This document shows, piece by piece, positions 52,601 through 61,785 of a DNA stretch of 64,000 bases (position 1 is the first letter of the stretch; each line of letters starts with the position of its first letter). The translations under genes and the position numbers were made by a program. The notes under the pieces are model-generated. The model had not been told where the DNA came from. It saw only the letters and a list, made by a program, of their open reading frames with translations, and did no database searches. The stretch lies in the NCBI GenBank assembly GCA_000002435.2, contig CM018793.1, one strand, 5' to 3'. The stretch is from Giardia intestinalis (Eukaryota).

Positions 52601-53866
52601 GCCGCTGTGGAGTCGTTCTTTTCATGGAGCTTCCCACAATAATCGCCCTCGGGCAGAGTAAGAACCTGCCTCGCTCTGTGGCAGCTGACAATTGCAGAAC
52701 TCAATGAAGAGATCAAGTACGGTAAATCGATAATGACGCGAGCAAATATAGTGAATAGATACGCAGCCGTATAGGCGTGGCCGTGTAAGGTGCCCGCTTA
52801 GCACTGACAAGAAGGCACAGAGAAGCATGGCGGGCCAAGTCATGTAGCCCACCAAGTGGATGCATGATCGCGCAAGGGTCATCCTTCCCACGTATATGAG
52901 CTCTTGACGCCTACGTGGGTGCATTCGACTCCTGCACAGCTCCTGATAATTATAGGCCTTTATCACCCGTAGCCCTGCTATTACTTCGGTGACATGCCGT
53001 GCACGGACATCGCGCGCAGCAGCATATCGTTTTTCCAGAAAGAGATTGTACAGGGTCAGGAGACTAATGAAGGGGAGCGTAACGAGGATGCCCCCAAATC
53101 CAGCAAGAGCACTCCTATCAATTTGAAAAACCAGGAATAAAACAATCATCAACAACTTAAGTGGCACCGCTATCATCCTTGGTATGTTCGACACTAGATT
53201 AGAAATGGAGCGGGCATCACCACTAATGAAAGTAATCACCGCCGGAGATAAAACGTGCGTCGCTGCAACATTGGGAATGCGTATGAGCTTCTTGTACAAT
53301 AGCATCGAGATGGCCTGGGACACACGGATGCTCTGCTCAGCACAGATTGTTGATGCAATGGACTGGAAAAACGCCGTCAAAAGCTGTGCAACAAGGTTAA
53401 TAACTATCCATACCCATGCCTCGCGGAATAAGCCAACAAGCACACTGCTACTAGAGTCGCGGAGGTCAGCTATATGACCAGTATCTAAGACCTTAAGGAG
53501 CTCTGTCATAGTCTTTGGTTGCACAAAAGAAAGAAATACAGCAAGTCCCATTAGTATGGAAGACACAGCAAAGAAGGGCCAGCTCGTCTTCATGACTAGA
53601 GAGCCGATTCGGGCGGGTCTAGCAGTTGCCCGTGCCACCGCCAAAGTGCCTTCCAGCTTAGTCAAGACCTTACCATAATTCATGTTTGTTGGCAGAGAAG
53701 GAATGTCTGATGGTTTTAATACCCTCTGCTTTCTCGCTCTTGCCACGAATGGTGTCATCCATAGAAATGTATAGTAGAGGATGAATGGGCAGCGCTCGCT
53801 CTGCGGCCGTGCACTGGGAAACGCAGTAAACTCGTAGCTCTCATATCGCTCAGCCCTATCTGCCAT
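49679..53866 (-). pseudogene. ABCC/MRP-type full-length ABC transporter (TMD1-NBD1-TMD2-NBD2) split into at least 8 reading-frame segments; either a pseudogene or a locally error-rich assembly
   Basis: Segments in collinear order. MRP-like N-terminus CPFILYYTFLWMTPFVARARKQRVL. NBD1 Walker A LVGVGGCVGSGKSS | SLLLAILGEV... | signature [27 protein letters not shown]. TMD2. NBD2 Walker A AIIGKTGSGKSSLVNAILRLVEPEAG | SEILLNGLNLLKMGLHQARSKVTLIPQDPFIFSGTLR | signature LSLGQRQLLCVAHALL, Walker B ILLDEVTAHVD, H-loop IAHRL. Each '|' is a frame change. Confidence 0.75.
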
Positions 53867-54035
53867 ATGTCCCCTATCTGCCCGATTCTCGTCTGCCAGA
53901 GTCTAAGGGCTTTTATGGATTGGGGACAGAGGGGCGGCGAGGGGTCAGGCACGCGGAGCAGAGGCACCCCTCGCAGCCAGCCGTGCGCCGCTAGCGAATC
54001 CAGCAAGACGACGCCGGGGCCATGAAAACACAAAA

Positions 54036-57000
54036 ATGGGGGACAGAAACCTGGACTGGAACCGGACGACCGCCCCGCTCCCGTTCGTGTGGTCGGACAT
54101 GGAGCCGGCGATCTACGAGCTCAGCGAGTCGTTCCTCCCCGTGGACCTGTCCGCCTCCCACCTCGCGCTGGGCAGGTCGTCGTTCCTCTCGCTCTTCGAG
54201 GACGAGCTGGGCGCCGACGAGGCGAGGCGGGGCTACGACGGGCTTCTGCCGGAGAGGCCGGGACCCTGCACCCTGGCGGCCTCGCCCCTGCCGGCCAAGC
54301 GGGCGCACGTGAGCTCCCTACTGGCGGAGGCCAGGCGCGGCGCATTCGAGTCCCAGCTGGAGCGGAGCGTCCTGCCCAGCTCCACCGTCTTCGCGCGCCT
54401 GGAGCAGGCCCTCCAGCGACCCCCGGAGGGCAGCAAGGCGGCGCTCCAGGCGGCCCTGTTCTACGTGCTCGGCCTCCGCATAAGCTGCGCCCTGCCCCTC
54501 CCCCTGGACCCCGACACCGTGGTGAAGCGGGCGCTCCTCCTCTTCCTCCACAACGGCGGCTCCTTTTTCAGGCAGGTCCTCAAGCGGTTCGGCGTCCTCG
54601 CCGGCGAGTGCGCGGTCTCCCTCTCGGACTTGAGGGCGGAGTCGACGCAGAACGCAAGCAAGCAGCTCCCGCCTCCCCTGACCCACTGCATCCAGGTCCT
54701 GCATCTTGTGCTGACCTCCCTGAACCTGCGGGGGGTCACCGTCTTCGAGCACACCGTCTACGATCGCCTGGACGGCTCAGTCGACTGCTCGCCCTACCTC
54801 CACACCTTCGAAGGCTTCGTCAGGGCTCTGGTCCACCCCCTTGCGCTCCTACTCTCCAAGCTGATCCAGGCAGACGCAGGCCCGCACAACAACACCTTCA
54901 ACAACGCGATCGCCCGCTGCGTGGCTTGCTGCCGCCCGGTGGCCCTGCTGAGACAGGCGCTCCTCCTCCTCCTGGGCCCGCTGGGCGACCACAAGCAGGC
55001 CCGGAAGTGCCGGAGCATCCGCAGGATGGCCCTGGAGGAGCAGGGCAGCGCCGGGTCTTGCGCGATCAAGACCGTCAAGCGGCTTCCGCCCCCGCGCTTC
55101 CGTGGCTACGTCAACCCCACATCCTCGTCTGTCGCGGCCCTGCTGCGGTTCTTCGAGGGCTCGTTCAGGCCGAAGGACACCCCCTTCTCGTCCGGCAACG
55201 TCTCCCCCTACGCCGATAAAGGCGTCGCAGACCAGATGGCAGAGTGTGCAAGCGTCATTACGGCCTTCAACGCCCGCCAGCCCAACAGGCGGCGCCCGGG
55301 GCTCTTCCCGGGGCTCGCAGAGGAGTACGCCAACCGGAGGGACGAGGCCGCGCTAGGCCTCTTCCAGCTGCTCCCCAGGCCGGACGTGCGGATCGGCCTG
55401 CAGTCCCTGGCAGACCTCCACGGCGGGTACATGGCCATGCGGTACAGCTGCGACGCCAGAGAGTCAGTCATGTCGCGCTCCCAGGAGACCTCTGTCGGCG
55501 GCCGGAGCGACCTGGACGGCGGGTACGACGCCGAGCTGGAGCGCACCCTCGGCAACGTGGTGGTCACCAGCGACTACCGCATGTACCTCAACAGGGTCAA
55601 GCGGGGGCTGACCGCGTCCTTCCCGTTCTCGGGGAGGCCGGTTGCGAAGGGCAATCTGCCCTACTTCGAGCGGTGCATAGAGAAGGTGCTGTCCTTCAAC
55701 TACCACGAGGAGCGGTTCCGCAGCATCAAATACCACGAGCTGGTCAACGTGCTCACCTACGCGCTTCCCCTGGACGTCCAGCGGGCGATGCTCGTCAGCA
55801 TTTCCAACGAGGCCGACTGCGTCCTGGAGCACCAGTTCTACCACCTGATCCGAGAGGTCGACATGCCGGCGTTCCTCTCGTCGCTGCTCCGCCTGGCGCT
55901 GTGCGGGGTCCCCCACATGCTCGAGACGGTCCTGTCGGCCAAGGCGACTGCGGGCACGACGAAGGACGCTGAGAAGGGCGCGTTCTCCAACAACACCCCG
56001 TCGTCCACGCGGCACGTCCGGGAGTCTGTGCTGAAGAGCTGCCTCCACGTCCTTCTCCTCCTGCAGGCGAAGGCCCGCCAGGTCCACCCGAGCGTGGGCC
56101 TTTTCGTCTCCAGCATAATACAGCGGTGCAACGGTCAGGGGTGCGGGCTCGACGCCGTCATCGCCACCATGTGCCTGCCTGCGGCCGCGTACATAACGGG
56201 CGTGGACCCGCGGACCGCCGCGCTGGGCACGTGCCTTTTCCTCCCCGGCCAGGCCGCGGACGCGCTCGCTCCGGACGAGCGGGTGGCCGACGCAGGCGAG
56301 TTCCTCCAGGCCAGGCCCGCCAAGCAGGGCGCCCCGCCGGACCCGGCGCTAGACCCCGCGAGGCCCCTCCACAGCATGGCGAGCGGCAGGCGGCTGTTCT
56401 GCCTGCTGACGGCGTCGCGCTGCTTCTACGGCTACATCTCGCACTCCGCGTCCCGGGCCCAGGAGGCCCTCGCCCTCTACTCGAAGGTGAGCGCCAATTA
56501 CATCTCGTACATCCTGCAGTCCTCCAGCACGGCGGCCAGCCAGGGGTCTGCCGCTGCCGCCGCAAGCCAGGCCCTTCCAGACAACCTCAGCCAGACGACC
56601 GTCTTCACCAGGGGCGCCCTGCAGCGCAAGGCAGGGGCCGCGGCGCAGAGCGTCCCGGGCGGGGGCTCCAGGCCGCCGATGGCGTACATCCCGAACAACC
56701 TGGCCAACCTGATGGAGTTCCTGCGCGGAGACAATAGCACCAACAACCCCGCCAACATAAACACGGCGGGCACGCTCACGTGCAACTTCCCGGGGTACCA
56801 GCTGTCCAAGGTCAACAACCTTTCGTCCATCGTCGTGCTTCTGAAGATCGCCAAGCACATACTGCCCTTCGCGGCGGGGGACTACTCGCGCATATACGGG
56901 GTGTTCGAGCTGCAGGGCCTCCCCGCCTTCCGCGAGTACCTGACGAAGCTCATCTACCAGCTCTCCATAAGCCCGTGCAGCGAGGACAGCTGGCGCTGGA

Positions 57001-57224
57001 CGAGGGACGTCGTCGCGAAGAACGCGGCGATCTTCGCAGAGTTCGAGCGCGCCGCCTTAATAGCCTTCACCGAGAAGTACCTCCTGCCCGACCGCCACCC
57101 GTCGCTGGCCCACTACGGGTGGCTCTACGAGAGCAGCCTGCCCGACGCCCCGGAGCAGTACGCGGCGGAGGAGGCCGTTGCGCTCTCCCAGCTCCACGCG
57201 GGATGGCCCTGTAACCGCATCTGA
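54036..57224 (+). CDS. Hypothetical protein, 1062 aa, encoded by a strongly GC-rich ORF
   Basis: 3.2-kb uninterrupted ORF with GAAAACACAAAA directly upstream of ATG. The many same-region ORFs on both strands are stop-free by-products of high GC. Confidence 0.6.
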   Translation: MGDRNLDWNRTTAPLPFVWSDMEPAIYELSESFLPVDLSASHLALGRSSFLSLFEDELGADEARRGYDGLLPERPGPCTLAASPLPAKRAHVSSLLAEARRGAFESQLERSVLPSSTVFARLEQALQRPPEGSKAALQAALFYVLGLRISCALPLPLDPDTVVKRALLLFLHNGGSFFRQVLKRFGVLAGECAVSLSDLRAESTQNASKQLPPPLTHCIQVLHLVLTSLNLRGVTVFEHTVYDRLDGSVDCSPYLHTFEGFVRALVHPLALLLSKLIQADAGPHNNTFNNAIARCVACCRPVALLRQALLLLLGPLGDHKQARKCRSIRRMALEEQGSAGSCAIKTVKRLPPPRFRGYVNPTSSSVAALLRFFEGSFRPKDTPFSSGNVSPYADKGVADQMAECASVITAFNARQPNRRRPGLFPGLAEEYANRRDEAALGLFQLLPRPDVRIGLQSLADLHGGYMAMRYSCDARESVMSRSQETSVGGRSDLDGGYDAELERTLGNVVVTSDYRMYLNRVKRGLTASFPFSGRPVAKGNLPYFERCIEKVLSFNYHEERFRSIKYHELVNVLTYALPLDVQRAMLVSISNEADCVLEHQFYHLIREVDMPAFLSSLLRLALCGVPHMLETVLSAKATAGTTKDAEKGAFSNNTPSSTRHVRESVLKSCLHVLLLLQAKARQVHPSVGLFVSSIIQRCNGQGCGLDAVIATMCLPAAAYITGVDPRTAALGTCLFLPGQAADALAPDERVADAGEFLQARPAKQGAPPDPALDPARPLHSMASGRRLFCLLTASRCFYGYISHSASRAQEALALYSKVSANYISYILQSSSTAASQGSAAAAASQALPDNLSQTTVFTRGALQRKAGAAAQSVPGGGSRPPMAYIPNNLANLMEFLRGDNSTNNPANINTAGTLTCNFPGYQLSKVNNLSSIVVLLKIAKHILPFAAGDYSRIYGVFELQGLPAFREYLTKLIYQLSISPCSEDSWRWTRDVVAKNAAIFAEFERAALIAFTEKYLLPDRHPSLAHYGWLYESSLPDAPEQYAAEEAVALSQLHAGWPCNRI

Positions 57225-57235
57225 AAAGGACCCGC

Positions 57236-57520
57236 GTGTCTTTAGCCAAACAAAATATAATGAACAATGGGAAGCATCGGTTCTACAGTAAACCTTGTCT
57301 GGGTGGATTGATGGGAAAGAGGGTCAGGGTGGATCTTGGCTATGGCCGCTGGGTGGAGGGGGTGCTTGCAGAGGCAGACGTCTTCACAAATCTGGTCCTG
57401 TCAGACTGTCACGGGTCGCGTCCGCTGGCTCCTTCTGAGGCTGCACCAATCACCGTGTTTCCGTCCTGTGTGGTTCGTGGCGCAGCTATCAAAGCAATCC
57501 TACTGGTGAGCCCCGACTAG
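57236..57520 (+). CDS. Sm-like (LSm) protein, about 85-94 aa
   Basis: Sm1-like GKRVRVDLGYGRWVEGVLAEADVFTNLVLSDCH and Sm2-like ITVFPSCVVRGAAIKAIL. True start may be the second ATG, preceded by CCAAACAAAATATA. Confidence 0.6.
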   Translation: MSLAKQNIMNNGKHRFYSKPCLGGLMGKRVRVDLGYGRWVEGVLAEADVFTNLVLSDCHGSRPLAPSEAAPITVFPSCVVRGAAIKAILLVSPD

Positions 57521-57556
57521 GTGGACATCTGCAGTGCGTGGAGCGCCTCTTGGCGT

Positions 57557-58315
57557 TTACTTGAAGACCTCCATGAACTCCTCAACTGGCTTATTGCAAG
57601 CAGGACAGACCTTGCTGGCCACGTCCTTCCCGCAGTCCTTGCAGAGGACGTAGTGCTTGCACGGCATGCAGACCAGGTTGGGGGCGTTGGCGCGGCACTT
57701 CACGCACTTCGTGTACTTCTTCGAGTTGAGGAGCTTGCGGATCTCGCCCAGGCACTTCTCGAGGGACTTGTTCAGCTGCTCCTCCGAGATCTCCGCCCCC
57801 TGGTCGATCCCCGAGCAGGAGAGGAAGTAGAACGCCTCGAAGAACGAGCGGAAGATGGCCATGTTGTGGCTCTTGACCTCGGCCTGCTGCGACTTCTTGG
57901 CCATCTCGGTGTAGGTGGCCGCGACCCTCTGCCGGAGCTGCTCCAGCATCGCCGCGTCCATCGTCTCGATGGTCTTCAGCCGGAGGACCTTGGCCGCCTC
58001 GAACTGCTTCGCCCTGGAGGCGTGGTTGAGGGCGGAGAGCTTGCCGGCGTCCCGCAGCCTCCCCTCCTTCTCGAAAAGGGCCTGGATCAGCTCGAGGTTC
58101 CCCCTCTTTGCCGCCGCGATCAGCGCGAAGGACCCGTCGTTCGAGACCAGGCCCGCCTCTGCGTCGACCAGCTCCAGGGCGACGGCGGTGTGCCCGGCCT
58201 CGGCGGCCCACATGAGCGCCGTCTTCCCGTCTGCGTCCCTCTGGCCTGCGTCCGCGGCCTTGTGGGCCCTGACGTAGTCCAGCCTGTTCTCCTTGGCCGC
58301 CTCAATAAGTGCCAT
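57557..58315 (-). CDS. Ankyrin-repeat protein with a C-terminal C3HC4 RING finger (candidate E3 ubiquitin ligase), 252 aa
   Basis: Ankyrin repeats DGKTALMWAAEAGHTAVALELV... RING-HC spacing CVKC-x11-CKH-x3-CKDC-x8-CPAC at the C-terminus. Confidence 0.75.
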   Translation of the reverse strand: MALIEAAKENRLDYVRAHKAADAGQRDADGKTALMWAAEAGHTAVALELVDAEAGLVSNDGSFALIAAAKRGNLELIQALFEKEGRLRDAGKLSALNHASRAKQFEAAKVLRLKTIETMDAAMLEQLRQRVAATYTEMAKKSQQAEVKSHNMAIFRSFFEAFYFLSCSGIDQGAEISEEQLNKSLEKCLGEIRKLLNSKKYTKCVKCRANAPNLVCMPCKHYVLCKDCGKDVASKVCPACNKPVEEFMEVFK

Positions 58316-58477
58316 TCTTTGCCTCCCAATTGCGATCGCGGCTCTTCATAAGACATATTGATAGAAAACTTGGAGACGTTGTTTCATGGCACTTTGGCAC
58401 GGACCGGAAGCATGGGGCGCTGGTCCGTAAGGCCTGTTCTCCAGGGCCTTCTGCTTCTCGTGAAGGGAACGACGGGT

Positions 58478-60584
58478 TTACTCGTGAGATCGTGGAGCAG
58501 CTTGGCGGCTGTTGCGACCACCGAGGCCCGGTATACGGCTGTCCCTAAGGAAAGATGCTATCTCAGAGTAGCCCTTGGCCTCAAGCTTATCAAAGAGGGA
58601 TTCGTCAGACTTGTCTATTAGATGCCCCTCCTTTTCAAATAGCAGCTTCACTATCTCTAAGCGGCCGCCATACGCTGCGTGCGTGATAGCGGGTAAGCCA
58701 TGGGGATCCAGCATGCAGCCTTCGCGCTCCATCAACAGCTGCACTACTTCTGCATGATTCTCAGAGGCAGCCTTCATGAGGGCGGTCGCATTACAAGTAT
58801 TCCCTGGGCCACTCTCATATTGCATTAGCAGTTGTACTGCTGCTACGTGGCCGCATACTGCTGCTTGTATTAGCGCCGTCCCAGTATGTGTCCATCGCTT
58901 CTTCTGAATGGGTATAAGTGCGCTTACTGCTAATGTGTCGCTTATTTTTGCGGCTCGCATGAGCGCTGTGACGCCCCTATCATCGGTTGGGTCGAGAACC
59001 TCCACTACGTTTTCGTGTCCTGCCTCTGCCGCAAGGATCCGAGCCGTCTTGCCTTGTCTGTCGGTCAGGTCCTCCTCGTACGGAGCCAGAACAGAAGCAG
59101 CCTCCGCATGGCCCTCCTGTGCAGCAATCATCAGAGCAGTACGGCCGTTCTTGCTCTTCCTCCCATGCTCATGAGGGATGAGAATCCTAGCTACCTCAGG
59201 ATGGTTCCCGTGTGCGGCGTGCATGAGCGCGGTCCAGCCGTTTTTATCTTTGATACCCTTCTCCTTCTCAACAAGCAGCTCAACAGGCCCACCGTGCCCC
59301 TGCTGGGCCGCGTGCATGAGGGCCGTCATCCCCCGCTTGTCGCGCTGGCCGATACAATCTTTCTCGTTGGCCAGCATCCGGACGGTCTCCATGTCATTCG
59401 TGTGTGCAGCATATATTAGTTTGAACAAGGAGAGGTCCGTCTGGGTGCCAACCACTTTCATTTCACTATTGGATTGTGTAAACTTATCCTCCAGTGCTTT
59501 TATCCGGCCTTCAAGCGTGCCAATCCCGGTGGTCTTAACTCTGGGTTCTTGCCCCAAGGCGTTGGCTTCACTTGGCCTGCTCTCAAGAGCGCCCTTGAAA
59601 GAGGCAGTCTCAGCAGACTTGGCGTCGAGGACTGCCTCAAGAATAGCAATCCTAGCATTAGCATTATTCAGAGCAGTCTTCAGGGAGCCGCATTCGTACT
59701 TCAGCACCGCATATTGAGCCCCCAGCTCACTAACTGGGATGTCGAATGTAGCGAGCGTCTCATGCAGCTCCCTGGCCGTCGGCCTCCTCTCTGGCTCTAG
59801 TACAAAGATCCTCTCCAGAACATTCTGCATGAAGCCATCAGTGATGCCACTCAGGTCCGGCCTCCACCCATCGACGAAGACCTCTGCCGGCTCCTTGCCC
59901 CCCAAGAAGTCCGGTCTCCTCAAAGTAGTAAGCTCGTAGACGATGGCCCCGAGGTTCCACATGTCGGAGGCGGGGCTGGCCTCGTTGCGGAGGAGCACCT
60001 CGGGGGCCACGTATGCCATTATTCCCATGAGAGTGCTCCCACTCCACAGGGCGTCCTTGCAGAGGCCGAGGCCAGTGATGACGAAGTGTTCACCATCTGC
60101 GCTGATAAGGACGTTGGCAGGCCTGAGGTCACAGTGGACAAGTCTCTCGGTATCTGCCCCACTGGCCCCGTAGAGGTAGGCGAGGGCGGCGGCGACCTGC
60201 CTCAGGACGGAGAGAATCACAGCGATAGGGACGAGAGTCTTCCTTCGTTTGTGCTCGGTGAGGAGGTGCTCAAGGGTCTTGTCTTGGCGATCCGTAACGA
60301 CGTAGATGAGGCCTTCGTCCTCGACCACTTGATGGTGCTTGAGGACTCCTGGATGGGAGAGGTCGGGGAGGGCGGTCAGCCCACGCTTTAGCATCCACAC
60401 CGTGCTGACCCAGACCGTCGAGCCGGATCTCCTTCACAGTGAGGTAGGGGTATCCCCTGAGAGAGTAGACTGTTCCCGCGGCACTTTCACTAAGCACATC
60501 ATCCAGCCCCTCGTAGAGCTCCCTGGGGGTGAACTGCGGGGCACTGAGAGCCACCGTTGCAGACCCAGACGAGGCGGCGTACAT
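58478..60584 (-). pseudogene. NEK-like protein kinase fused to C-terminal ankyrin repeats, interrupted by a frameshift at about 60390-60405. Motifs are degenerate (HCDLRPAN, GLG for DFG), so it is probably a pseudokinase
   Basis: N-lobe in ORF 60270..60584 (LSESAAGTVYSL...YLTVKEIRLDGLGQHGVD) is in a different frame from the rest (LKRGLTALPDLSHPGV...HCDLRPANVLI...YVAPE, then 6 or more ankyrin repeats). The supplied ORF 58478..60400 starts on GTG, not ATG. Confidence 0.7.
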
Positions 60585-60885
60585 CTTGGTTTCATTTTGG
60601 TAATCTACCGTTTTGGAAACGATCCGTTTTACATGGGTTCATATCTACAGGTCTACAGCAGTCCCGTGCCTGTAGGGGCTTCTGCATAAGAGATGAGAAG
60701 GCCACCTGTGCGACCATTTCACCCACCGGTGTCCCAGTGCTGACCGAGGGTGAGAAGGCCTGCTCCCCCTAGCCTCTGTGGAAACGGGTGGTTGTGTGCC
60801 TCACTGACAGCCACCACTTCATTAGGGTGTCTGTTCGCTGCACAACTGGAGGGAGATTCTATCCACCGCCGGATGCAACCAACAG

Positions 60886-61785
60886 TTAGGCGCGTTCACT
60901 CATGGACTTTCTGGGCGGCATCCGTAGCCGGGGCTCCGTCAGTCCAATACCCTCACTCTCAAGAAGGGACACCACCTCGGAATGACCCTCCATATCAGCT
61001 ACACAAAGAGCAGACTCCCCGCCTATGTCCTTCTCCTTCTCTAGTAGCAACTTAACACAATCTAGACGACCAAAGTATGCTGCAGCTGTGAGGGCGGTAA
61101 AGTCTTTGTCCTTCGTCATGCCTCCCTCAACATCCAGGAGTAACTTCACTACCTCGGTGCGACCGTTTGCTGCTGCCCACATGAGGGCCGTCAAGTCGTT
61201 GCTGCTCCTCATACCGCCTTCGCACCTCATCAGCAGCTTTACCGTCTCAACGTGTCCAAGCACTGCGGCGACCATCAGGGCCGTCCCGTCGTATATCTCT
61301 ACCATCCCTGCCGTAACAAACCTCGCCACCATCCTTGCTTGATAATGGATGTAGCGCTTCACCGCGTCCACGTCGTTCCTCTTAGCTGCCTCCATAAGTG
61401 TGGTGACGCCATCCTCGTCCACGCTGCCTTCATCATCCATTTCTGAAGGCTCAGTTGGGTTTCCTGCGCCCTCTTCGCTCGTGTCCTTCTCTGGTGCGAG
61501 GGGCGGGGTGTCGTCGTGCTCCTGAGAGCAGTGATCCGAATCATCTGCAGACGACATTTTTATTCCATGGCCACAAAGGAAACGCATGTACTGGTAAACT
61601 TGCGATTCACGGTATTGTTTACAGATCATCCAGATAGCGCACCAAACATGAACTGCATGCCCTGGGTTCCCTCTGCCCTTCTTGCCTTGTGTGGTAAGTG
61701 CCCAATGAGAGATGACTTCAATTGTGGAGTTGTAGTCTGCTGGGCACCAGTGCAGGGTGGGCACTAGAGCTTCGGACTTCTTCAT
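60886..61785 (-). CDS. Ankyrin-repeat protein, 299 aa or shorter if it starts at the internal MSSADDSD; acidic N-terminal region
   Basis: GVTTLMEAAKRNDVDAVKRY, GTALMVAAVLGHVETVKLLM, LTALMWAAANGRTEVVKLLL, FTALTAAAYFGRLDCVKLLL. Confidence 0.7.
   Translation of the reverse strand: MKKSEALVPTLHWCPADYNSTIEVISHWALTTQGKKGRGNPGHAVHVWCAIWMICKQYRESQVYQYMRFLCGHGIKMSSADDSDHCSQEHDDTPPLAPEKDTSEEGAGNPTEPSEMDDEGSVDEDGVTTLMEAAKRNDVDAVKRYIHYQARMVARFVTAGMVEIYDGTALMVAAVLGHVETVKLLMRCEGGMRSSNDLTALMWAAANGRTEVVKLLLDVEGGMTKDKDFTALTAAAYFGRLDCVKLLLEKEKDIGGESALCVADMEGHSEVVSLLESEGIGLTEPRLRMPPRKSMSERA

Noticed and set aside
49679-53866. Programmed +1 ribosomal frameshifting (Euplotes-like) as the explanation for the multi-frame ABC gene
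   Set aside because: Only one of five reconstructed junctions has a 0-frame stop codon at the shift point, and there is no shared slippery heptamer. A mutational or sequencing origin is far more parsimonious.
54089-57267. Dozens of 60-376-aa ORFs on both strands inside the GC-rich block (e.g. 54089..55219, 55244..55972, 56126..56737, 55464..56087)
   Set aside because: They are Arg/Pro/Gly/Ala-rich translations of alternative frames of one long, coherent ORF (54036..57224). High GC suppresses stop codons in all six frames, so these are not independent genes.
57591-58211. ORF 57591..58211 (-), a Gly/Arg-rich 206-aa protein
   Set aside because: It is an alternative frame of the ankyrin-RING gene 57557..58315 within GC-rich DNA.
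60400-60400. Start codon of supplied ORF 58478..60400 labelled 'M'
   Set aside because: The codon at 60400..60398 is GTG, not ATG, so the ORF caller allows alternative starts. For this eukaryote that start is not credible, and the real N-terminus is in the upstream frame (60270..60584).
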